Source: Isurus oxyrinchus (Eukaryota). From it: DNA of 64,000 bases. Both the position numbers and the translations under genes were made by a program. This document shows positions 37,488 through 47,941 of the stretch, in pieces. Each line of letters starts with the position of its first letter. Within the stretch, counting starts at the first letter, position 1. The stretch lies in contig JANJGN010000119.1 of the NCBI GenBank assembly GCA_026770705.1, positions 868,001 through 932,000 on the forward strand, read 5' to 3'. The notes beneath the pieces are model-generated. The model ran no database searches. It was not told the origin of the DNA and was given only the letters and a program-made list of their open reading frames with translations.

Positions 37488-40400
37488 ATTTTGAACTGTT
37501 GGGGTATACAACAATTTTGTCTGATATAATGTGGTCAACCTAGTGGGTGGAAGCTTTTCCGACCAGATCAAACACATCCAAAATTATTGCGAAATTTATT
37601 TTAGAGAAAGCGTTTACACATTATTTTAGTAAAATGGGTACAACAACTAGTAGAAACTGTACAAGAAGCAAATTATGTAACTGCTCACCGACAGGGAAAG
37701 AAGAAACAGCAAAGCAAGGCTTATTTCGATGCAAAAGCTACCCTGATAGAGTTGAGCCCCGGACAACGAGTAATGATTAGTATGCATCAACCAACCTCAT
37801 TCTTGAGTCCAAATCCAGATCTACCAACCCCTCCAATCCCCTCATGTCCCTACCTGTCATAAGCCTATAAGGAGTGTATCCTGTTGAAGCCATGGTATTC
37901 CTGATTATTATCAGCACATAGGGCAGAACAACCTGCCGGTTTGTCTTGTGCTGCTGCACCATTTTGGCTATCATGTTTTTCAATGTCCGATTCAGAATTT
38001 CCGCAATTCCACTAAACTGTGGTCTATAGGGTATGTGGAATCTCTGCCTGATCCCAAAAAGATTCATAACATCGTGCATTACTTGGGCTGTAAAACATGT
38101 TCCCTGATGCAATTCTCTGCCTCCAGGTAAACCCCAGCATGTAAACACCTTCCCTAAAAAAAAAAATTGCAGTAATTTTGGCTGTGTTTGTTCTGTTCGG
38201 AAAAGCTTCCACCTGTTTAGTGAAGGTATCCAATAACACTAGAATATCCTTGTAGTCCTCTGTTGTGGGGGAAGGGATCCTACATAGTCTATCTGTAACT
38301 TAGTCCAAGGCCCTTCTACTGGTCTATTATGTTGGAGGCCCCTTTCCTAAAATTTCTATCGGGGTTGTGTTGTGCACAGATCAACAATTCTTGACATAGT
38401 GGTGCACACCACCTTTCATTCCTGGCCACCAGCATACCTCCTTTATCAAATACAGGGTGCTCTCCATTCCTTTATGTCCTGATAGGTCATGGTACTGGTG
38501 GATAATTTTCTTTCGCCCCTCCTCTGGTGCCCCAAATTTCCGCTCACGTAAAACCACTCAATTTTGAATATAGACCCCCTCGTGCCTTTTAAATATGTCT
38601 GACTGTGCTCCTTCTATAAATTTTTTCAATTCTCCATTTTTCTTTTGCTCATCCATTAAATCCACTACTTTAACCTGCTTCTCATTCTGGCCCCCGATTT
38701 CCAAAATCAGTGGCTACCATTCCTGTCCACTTACAGCACCTCGTTTGGCTAGGTCATCAGCTTTCCTGTTCCCTTCGGGAGATAATTTTGAATGAGCTTT
38801 AACTTTTTTGACCACAAAGTCTTTCCCTTGTGCTTCTTGAAAGATGTATTGTAATAGCGGGGAGGAAGGAAGAGGCCCTCCATCTGCAGAGACAAAATCT
38901 TTTGCATCCCATAGGGGCAAATGTTCTGTGAGGCTATTACAGACAGAAATGCCATCAAAATATATGACTGATCTAGGCGGAAATATTCCGGGTGTCGAAC
39001 CACATATGCAATGGCTGCTAGTTCTGCTCCCTGCACATTCATGGTTTATGGATATTTCAAAGCCACACTAAATCTTTCCTGTCCGTTTTCATACTCCATG
39101 GATATCCCACAGACAGTTCTCCTTTCCCCATGCTGTACTGATGAAGAGTCATCCACCAGGATTTAAAATAGGGTTTTCCTTTCCTGTTTGCAATGTTTTT
39201 CTACTTTCAGGCCCAGTCCTACTCCCTCCCTTTTGTTCTGATACAAATGGGCCCTTGCAGTCATTTGCGTTCATCATTTGACATTCCTGTTTTTCTCCCT
39301 GATAAAGTAAATTATCTCTTAACATGATAATGTGTTATCCCCCTTTATGGTTATATTTCTCCCGTGCAACATTATCCATCTAGGGATTCTATTTGTCTAA
39401 CTGTACCATCCTTAATCGTTCCGTAATTCAGTAGCTGTACAGGGATGTGTTCTGTTAATGTTGTAATTGTGTTCATTCCCACTATAAAGGTAAAATGCTG
39501 CACTGACCAAAAGACAGCAAGTGTTTTGCGCATATTGTATACCCCTGCTCTACTGGTGAGAGCATATGTGAGGCATACGCTACGGGTCGTAATTTCCCAT
39601 CTGTCTCCTGTAGTAGAACAGCTGAAAGGTTGGTGTCTGTGATAGCCACCCCAAATGAAAATGGCTCAGTTGGATTTGGGGTTTTCAGAGCTGACACAGC
39701 AGCTAATGCTTGCTTTAGAGCGTTCATGGCCTGGGTTTGTAATGTTTTCCACTCAAAGGTCAAATTCTTTTTTAATAATTCCATTAGCGGTGCTGCTTTT
39801 TTGGTGAATCCATCTATGTGGTCCCTACAATGTCACACCAAATCTAAGAAGGACGTTAACCCTTTTACGTCTTGTAACATTGAGTCTGCCAACTGTGTTC
39901 ATCCTACGCTTGTCAATGTCCCTCTTCCCCGATGTCACAATCATTGCCAAGTAAGTAACTTATTGTTTCATGATCTGCGCTTGTTTAGGGTTGATCTTTA
40001 ATCCCAAGTCATTTAACTGCAGTAATTCACTTAGTCGTTGATTATGTTGCTTTTTGGTTTCAATTTGCAGGGGTATGTCGTCTACATACTGCACTAGAAA
40101 TTCAGCCCTCGAGAATCCTTTTAACCCTTCCCTTACACGTTGGTGAAATATGGACAGGGAATTCTGAAATCCCTATGGCAGGGTGATCCATGTATATTGC
40201 TTTCCATAGAAAGTAAAAACGAATTTATATTGACATACTTTCTCCTGTGCACTAGACCAAAAACCGTTACTTATGTCCAAAACTGTAAACCATTGCCATT
40301 CTCATTTTGTCGAACTACTGTCTCTGGGCTAGTTGCTACAGTAGGGGTGTTAAAGGGGTCACTTCCCTTAATTCTCTGTAGTCTATCTGTAGTTGTCAGC

Positions 40401-42986
40401 TGCTGTTGGTTTTTCTCACTGGCCATATATGTGCATTGTTAGTAGAAGCTATTGGTCTTAATATCCCTTGCTGCAGCAGACTCTGTATCACCTTTCCTAT
40501 TCCTTATTCTGCTTCTTTTGGTAAACCGTACTGCTTTTGTGGTTTGGAGTCTGAACCTTTTATGCACACACGTCTGGTCATTTTCCCACAATCATGCTTT
40601 AGTCGGACGATTAATATTGAGTTTTGTGCAATAATTTGCTTTACATGAAGATCGTCACTCATTTCTCCTGGTTCTATCCACGTTTCCCCGATCGTGCATA
40701 TCCTATCCTGATATTTTCCTACCCAGTGAGTGTGTGATTTATACTGCCTTTGTCCAAAGGCATTTGTCAAATCATACAATTAACTAGGTCAAAGCAGAAT
40801 CCTGCTTGGACCATACAGTCGCTCCCTGAAAGATGTTCTAGTTCTCTGGGTAATTTGATAAGAGCCACTGAATGTTCTATCAATATGTCTCCCACACCAA
40901 CTTCCAACGGTACACTCACATATCCTACTTGTGAATGTCCTGTGAATTGGCTTAGAAAAATGTTGTTTTTAATTTTCCAATCTATGTCATTGATCGGCCT
41001 GGTGCTGAAGGCGGTGTGGGATCCCCCTGTGTCCCAAAGTAATTTAATAGGCCGGCGTCCAACCCTACCATTCACTAGGGCTCTTCCTGTGTCATCCCAC
41101 TGCATATCACACACCCATTATGGAGAGGCCTGAGACCGTCATTGCAGTTCGGGGTACAACTCACAACTCGCTGGTATTTCTATCATATCACACTGCAGAC
41201 GTGCTCTATTCTGTCCTTCCACGGGTAGGCTCCGGTTTCCTCCCTGACCTGAATTTTCTCGTCTCCAGTTTGGGCAGTCGCTTGAGAAGTTTCCCTCTCG
41301 GCCACAGTTATATCATCTGGACGCCTAGCCCTGATTTCTCCCCGTCCCCGAGAAGTTTCCTTTTCCTCTGCCTCTACCCAATGTCTGATAGGCTGGAGCA
41401 TGGTCCCTCTGAGGAGATCCCCTCCCTTCATTTCTCCAGGTTGTCAGCTGATTCTTAACAAGCATTGCTCTGTCCCTGGATGTCTTGGGTAGTTTTGGTG
41501 TTTCCCTTTCCCATACTCCAACTATCTTTTTAAATTATCCAGTGCTCTCTATGTGCGTCATATGTGGAATCAAACTGATCCAATGCTTTCCTCGACTCCT
41601 CAGTGCCTTGCAACACGAGCATACTCTGCCATCAGTTCCTAACCTCCAGCTGTAAATTATCCTTATCTAGGCCAGTGGCATTGACCAATTAAAATACGAC
41701 CCAAATACGAGCCAAACTGTGGTGGTGTATTCACCTTTTCTTTGATAGCATTTCATCAGCGCCTACACTGGGACCCCTCTGTTATCGTCCATGACAGGTA
41801 AAATCTGATTCTTTGAGGCCTCTTTTGTGCCTCTACCAAGTTATTGCTCCTCTGGTAGGGCAGAGTATATATGTGGGTGTAGGCACATTAGAATTAATTT
41901 TTCCTCATCATCGTCTAAGCCGTGTATCCCTCCCTGTTGCCTGACTGCGAGGAACCACTCGCTCGGATCATCCCTGGGTGCACACGTCCCTATATCTTTT
42001 GCAATATCCCTCAGTGCTTGTATCCCAAGTGGGTTGGAATATGTCATATTGGGGCCGGCTTGACCCTGGCCATCAGCCCTACCTTTGCTCTAGTGGTTAC
42101 AAGGGGGGCCATTGGGGCAGACAGTTTTTCCGGATCTGGTTTATATGCCAGTGGTGGATCCTCTGGTGGAGTTTTCTCGTCACCCCCGTTGTATCTATCC
42201 GCCCTGCCTGCTAAATCATCCCAATCTATATCCCCTTGACATTTTTCTTCACTTCTTCCGGGTGTAAAAGCACACTGTATGCCCCTCTGTGCAGGTGGCT
42301 GATCTTGCAGCCTCACTGTTAGTTTCTGACACTTTGTGTGATCACCGGTAGTGCTCCTCTTTTCCTGAGCTGCTCTGTGAATCACATTCATAGCACTTTT
42401 AAAATCACTACGTTGTTGTTTCCAACCCTCCTCCTCAGCTTTAGCTGTTTGGGCTTCTCCCTCTCTCTTACTCTTTTTTATCAGCCAATGTTTCGAACTG
42501 TAACTGATATCGGTTCATGTGCAACAAATCCACACTTCTCTGCTGTTTTAAATCAGTAACCTTCTCACTAAGGCACTTCTCACTAAACTCCTCATGGAGT
42601 TTCTTATTTTCTTCCTCTAGTTCGTCTTCCTCTCTCCTAGCCTGCTTTTAGAATTCTATCCATTCCTGAAATAAACATCCGATCGCTACGGACTTCGGTA
42701 CCTGTTTTAAATTTCTTATCTGACATCTTTGTTTGCGCAATTCTCCAAAGGGCCTCTATAGCGGGATTTCCCTTGTGACCAATGTGACCTACATTTTCCG
42801 TGTAATGCGGCCACTCCCCTATTACGTATTTATGAAGAATTCCCTTCCAGTCAAAACAGATATTCCCTTTTATTCGTCATCTTATGTTAACAGCTATGAA
42901 TTAACCCAAACTCCTGTTATGCCTATACTTTGCCAAATTGGTTCGCTTGAGTCTCCCGGTAACTGAACTCAGAGACGTATCCTTGA

Positions 42987-43004
42987 GCTCACACAGGGAC
43001 ACCA
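42987..43004 (-). promoter_or_regulatory. Primer-binding site, tRNA-Asn-like
   Basis: TGGTGTCCCTGTGTGAGC starts 4 nt after the LTR end (...GCAACA). It matches 15/18 to TGGCGTCCCTGGGTGGGC, the complement of the vertebrate tRNA-Asn 3' end (recalled sequence). Confidence 0.75.
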
Positions 43005-43008
43005 AACA

Positions 43009-43719
43009 TGTTGCAGGAGGTCACCAGTAATGGTTAATGGCTTAGTACACAGAGGAGTAGAGCGAATTCTCTCTTAACTTTAAACGCGCTTATTCACGTC
43101 TTTAGATCATCTACACACAATTCATACATCTGTTTAAATATAGACATACAGTTTACAACAGGTTATCCAGTGTTATACCCAGAACTAGGATCTAAACACT
43201 CATACACTATGTTTCTCTGACACTCCCTGAGTGGTCACAGAATATAAAAGCTAGTATCCGAAAAGGAGAGCTGATGCTGGCCAGGCATTCCCTTCTCTCT
43301 CCCGTGCATCTCTACGTTGCGGAAGTAGTTTCCCTCGCTTCTGCGATGGTTGGTCTCCAGAGTCTCGCTGCCCGATGCCCGAAGTCCTCTCAGTGTTACA
43401 CTGAATTGTATATCTTCAAGCTGTTCTGTCTCTCTTCCCGTTGGTTTTGGTCTGCTTTTCTGATCTTTGGCATCTTCTCTATTCGCTGTTCCAAGACTTG
43501 AAGGATCATTTCGTTTCTCTGTTTCTAAATATGGACGCATCACATTTCCATTGTCTTGAAGAAACTCAGCTTCTTTGAAAGCGGTTCTAACCAGTTCGGA
43601 CCCAGTGATTGGAGTCAGCTTTGAAAAGTTACTCAGGCCAGCAACTGGACTCAAGTTACTTCAGTTCAAACGTTGCTTTTGCCTGTGTCTGGCAGTTCAG
43701 CTGCAGCCAGTGGCCAACA
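43009..43719 (-). repeat. 5' LTR of the retrovirus-like element (711 bp)
   Basis: Bounded by the inverted termini TGTTG...CAACA and adjacent to the PBS. Gmr1 protease-region sequence (NDRAGSQM...FPDCVVTRS) resumes immediately at ~43720. Confidence 0.75.
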
Positions 43720-46700
43720 TGTGCAACGATAGAGCTGGATCGCAAATGTGGTTGATGCCTATAGAAGTTGAGCAACCTGTATAATTATTTCCAAAAGAGC
43801 TGTTACAGTAGGAACATCCTGGATTATTTCCTGATTGTGTTGTAACGAGGTCAAAATCTTACTGGGAAGAGCGAGTCGCACACGAAGGTCAAGCAGTTCA
43901 AAAGCTAAAAGAAGTCCAAATCGAATTAGTTGACACTGTATTTGATATCATTTTTCTGGAGGAAAGAGGGCAGGACCGTTCAACAGAAGTGTTTAACTCA
44001 ACGAAGTTAGTGAAGTTACAGAATAAAGAATTTACAAATAAAGGAGTTATATCAGAAAGCCTATGCAGAAAGAGACGCAAACTGTACTCCAATATGTTAT
44101 TATCTTTAGGGAGATATCTAAATATAAAAGCAGAAGTCGGATCATTTCTTAGCAGATGAAGACTGCATTGAAGTTCATCAGGTTATCATCCCAGTTGGGT
44201 AAAAGAAAACGAGATTCTGAGGAATGTCACCAAATTCCAATGTGTGGAAATTTAGGAACTAGGAAAACACAGGGAACGAACCATTGCCTTTACATTTTTG
44301 CCCAGTTTGCATAGGGATGTATTAAAATTCTGTAGAACCTGTCATAAATGTCAAGCAGTGATTAATGCCGTGCGTTTAATCCCTATACCACCGTTTGAAT
44401 AACCTTTTACATGGGCTACAATTGATTGTGTAGGACCCTTTTCTAAGTTCAAAAGTGGAAATCAGTATTTTCTGACAATAATCAATGTATCTACGAGATT
44501 TCCTGAAACGATTGCGAAATATTTCAACTCAGAGGATTGTGGAGGACTTTTTATTTTTGCATGTTATGGTGTAGGGTGTAGGTAAAAAAAAGCGATCAGA
44601 TAAGTCTTCAAATTTCATTTCGCACCTCTTTTGTGAAAAAAAAATGAACAATTTGGGGATTCAACAGTTCAAGTCAACAGTTTATCTTCCGGGATCATGG
44701 GGAACTTTTGAGAGATGGCTTCAAACTCTAAAGACAATGAGAACGGCATTTTGTGAGAATTATCCACAGGATTGGAATGCAAGAATTCCGTTCCTTTTAT
44801 TTGCTATTAGAGACGCTCCAAATGCATCGACTGGTTTCAGCCCTTTTTAACTAATGTATGCCTCTCAGGTAAGGGGCAACTGAAGCTGATTCATGAAAAG
44901 TTGATGGGTCAAATACAAAAGATATTTTTCTGGATTACATAAGATTTCAGGGAAAGATTGAACAGAGCATGTGAGTTGGCGAGGAAACATTTGAACATAT
45001 CACAGCAATTGACGAAAGTGAAGACAAATAAGCAGGCTAAACCACATAGTTTTTCTTCTGGAGAGAAAGTGCTAGTTCAGTTACAATTGCGAACTGATTC
45101 ATTAAATGGACGATTTACTGGAACTTACAGGATCGGAAAGAAATTGATTGAAGGAAATTATTTAATACATACTCCAGATATAACCAAAAAGCAGAGGGTC
45201 GGACACGAAAATATGCTTCAAACGTGCTTTCACAGGGAAGAGGAACAAAAAGAGCTATTTTTGATGGTGACTGAAGAAGAACAATTAAAACTGCAGGTCT
45301 CTGCAATTAAATTTCCTCTAATCGAATTGGAAAATGAGGGGGTGCTTGAAAGTTTTAATGAACTATTTAGTTACGTTCCAAACAAGTGTCAAAGTGGTTT
45401 GGAAATTATTTTGCAGTAACAGATGTATATTTGTGGAAAGAAGTTGGGAAACATACATTTTGCTATATTTAATGCCTCAGTGCAAGTTCTTTCTTCAATT
45501 AGGCAACATCCTTATAGATTAAATCCGGCAAAGTTATCTCAAATACAGAAAATATCTTACTTTTGTGCTTCAAAGCTATATATGTGAGTCTAGTTGCACT
45601 AAATGGAGTGCACCTAACCCATTGGTACAGAACCCAGTTGGAGAACTATGACTCTCTCTGGACTATGGAGAGATGAATGTGGTGACAAAAACGGATTCAT
45701 ATCCTACACGACGGTTGGAAGATTGTATTAAGAAAGTAGGGCAATCGAAATTTATCACACAGCTTGGCTTGCTAAAGGAAAGTGGCAGCAACCTTTGTCA
45801 GAGAGAGCAATAGGGATATGAGCCTTTGTAACACCAAGTGAACTACACCAGTTTAAGGTCATGCCATTTGTTATGAAGTATACACACGTGACATTTTGAA
45901 GAATGACAAACAAATTAATTGCGGGTCTAAGCAATTGTGTTGTTTTTATTGATGATCTAAACGTTTGTATTTAGAACATTCACCCCCTCTGGAAAACATA
46001 TTTACTCGAATATAAGAAGCTCATTTGGCGTCGAACTCGGCTAAAAGTGATTTTGCAAAAGTGCAGGTTAAGCATCCAGGACATATCATTGGAAATCGTA
46101 AGGTTGCTCCCAGGTAATGTGAACGTCAAGGATATCGTGGATTTCCCAGTACCTCCGACAAAACAAGAATTTATGATATTTCTGGGCATGAGTGGGTTTT
46201 ACGGTAAATTTATGTCAAATTTTAGCCGAGTGGTTGCTCCACTGGCTGAATTATCATAAATGAACAGGACGTTTCAATGGACATTGGTGTGTCAGAAGTC
46301 ATTGAGTAGTTCGAAAGCTACGTGTTAACTATGACATCAAGTTTGGAAGTACCCAATTATGCCACTTTATGTTCGCCATTGATGCAAGCGATATAGGCAC
46401 TATGGCTGTACGGTTACAACTTTATAACATTGGAATTGTAAAATCGATAGGATATTTTTTCACAGAAGCTGGACGTGCAACATAGCCGATAGTCAACGAT
46501 AGAAATAGAGTTCAATAATGCTGGCAACGCAGCATTTTGAAATTTATGTTGCAAGCAATTCATTGGAAACAATTATTTATCTGGACCACAATCCCATGAA
46601 GATTTGGAGAAATTTTGTGATAAAAGTAGAAGACCTTGTACGAAGAGATTATTATTACAACCATTTATTCTACGGATTATACATGTGGAGGACCTGCGTT

Positions 46701-46887
46701 TTAATCTTAAAGGAAAATTGTGGATTTTCAAAAACATGGTCATTGCAGTGGAACGATGCCTTATTTTAATGCATGCGTCTGGTAATATAATAGGCTAATA
46801 AGTATGGGACATAGTGTGAGATGGTTTATTAAAAAATGGAAGCTTCCTTTAGGATGCTGACTGTTCATTTTTCGATAGGAATGGGGA

Positions 46888-47636
46888 TGTCAGGAAGTGA
46901 TATTCATGCAGATAATATTGGAAATTTTCTTTGTTAGTAGATGTTTGGCCTATGCGAATTTTAACTGGATTAAAGACAGCTCGTCTAGGTACTTTTATGT
47001 ATAGTAATTTTGAGCCGTAAGTAGAGGTAGAGTGTTCATTTAGATTTTGTTGAATGGAGCATTCAGGAATGGGTGTGTATTCTTGCATGTAGCTAGGAGA
47101 TGCCAAGCAATGCTTATGTTATTAATAAAGCTAATACAATGATAGGGCATCAAAGGACCTGGTGAATCAATGGAAATTTGCATTCAAAAGGAAAGGATCG
47201 TTATTAGAGAAGGGTATCTGTGTGCTTTGCAGAGACATGTAAGATGAAAGCCTGTAAGCCTACAGAAATAATAAGCATTGCAAAGGAGCCAAATTGAAAG
47301 CATCGTCATTTTGAATCCATAAGGTAAAAATGCTTTACCTGGTGTCTGCTTAAGTCTAGTGGTTACAGGTGCCTTAGTGGAGATTAATTTGAGAATTTGT
47401 TAAGAAGTTGTGATAGTTGTAATTTGTAGACATATGTATGTATTTCATAACCTGTTGTAAATAAATAAATATATAATTTAGCTTGATATCCACACCTCTT
47501 GGGACTTCGTTGGTTCATTTCCGAATTCAGAGATGCATATTCAACATACCAATTGAATGTATAGGCTATGGTAGTTGTATACATTTTACCTCTGGGGTTT
47601 CAAATGAAGATATTAACCAACTGCTGCGTTATAACA
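46888..47636 (+). repeat. 3' LTR of the Gmr1-like element
   Basis: TGTCAGGAAG...GTTATAACA, preceded by a polypurine tract. Confidence 0.85.
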
Positions 47637-47848
47637 GTTGAACAATGGAATTAACCCGATTGGAAGCAATAGGGTTTTTTTTTTTCGAAGATCATAAAAC
47701 CAACCGATCATGCATCATTAAAGTAGCTTGGATTTATAGAACAACGGCAAATTGAGCTGCCGATAACAATAATAGTTAAACCTAAAGCAAAAACAGAATT
47801 ACCTGGCAAAAACTCAACAGGTCTGGCAGCATCGGCGGAGAAGAAAAG

Positions 47849-47887
47849 AGTTGACGTTTCGAGTCCTCATGACCCTTCGACAGAACT
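47849..47887 (-). ncRNA. Minimal type I hammerhead ribozyme motif (A6 replaced by U)
   Basis: - strand AGTT-CTGTCGA-A-GGGTC(ATGAG)GACTC-GAAACGTC-AACT: stems I and II fully paired, palindromic ACGT stem III, GUC cleavage triplet. Confidence 0.7.
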
Positions 47888-47902
47888 TCGACAGAACTTT
47901 GA

Positions 47903-47941
47903 AGTTCTGTCGAAGGGTAATGAGGATTCGAAACGTCAACT
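47903..47941 (+). ncRNA. Minimal type I hammerhead ribozyme motif (A6 replaced by U, stem II weakened)
   Basis: AGTT-CTGTCGA-A-GGGTA(ATGAG)GATTC-GAAACGTC-AACT. Confidence 0.6.

Larger units (their letters stand above)
37490..43719 (-). mobile_element. Degenerate retrovirus-like LTR element (gag-PR-RT-tether-RNase H-IN), lokiretrovirus-/foamy-related; 3' end missing
   Basis: - strand order: LTR 43719-43009; PBS; gag with a decayed CCHC (*YNCGREGNFSSDCP, ~41272-41315); PR LLWDTGG; RT WFTVLDISNGFWS (~40254-40292), LP*GFQNS and YVDD (40077-40088); tether LRPVAYAS lacking the catalytic Asp; second RNase H (VDDSS, AELAA, KVKAHS...GNRKADDLAKRGA); IN (GPWTKLQIDYVG, PYRPQFSGIAEILNRTLK). Confidence 0.88.
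36757..47636 (+). mobile_element. Gmr1-like Gypsy LTR retrotransposon (PR-IN-RT-RH order), degenerate, with nested insertion
   Basis: LTRs at 36757-37487 and 46888-47636 (TG...CA), with a PPT-like AGGAATGGGGA before 46888. Flanks TTTGA/GTTGA form a 5-bp TSD with 1 mismatch. IN motifs at 44330-45200 (CRTCHKCQ, IDCVGP, ERWLQTLK, TGFSPF) precede RT at 45500-46100 (QHPYRL, MPF, FIDDL) and RNase H (DAS at 46381). Confidence 0.88.
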
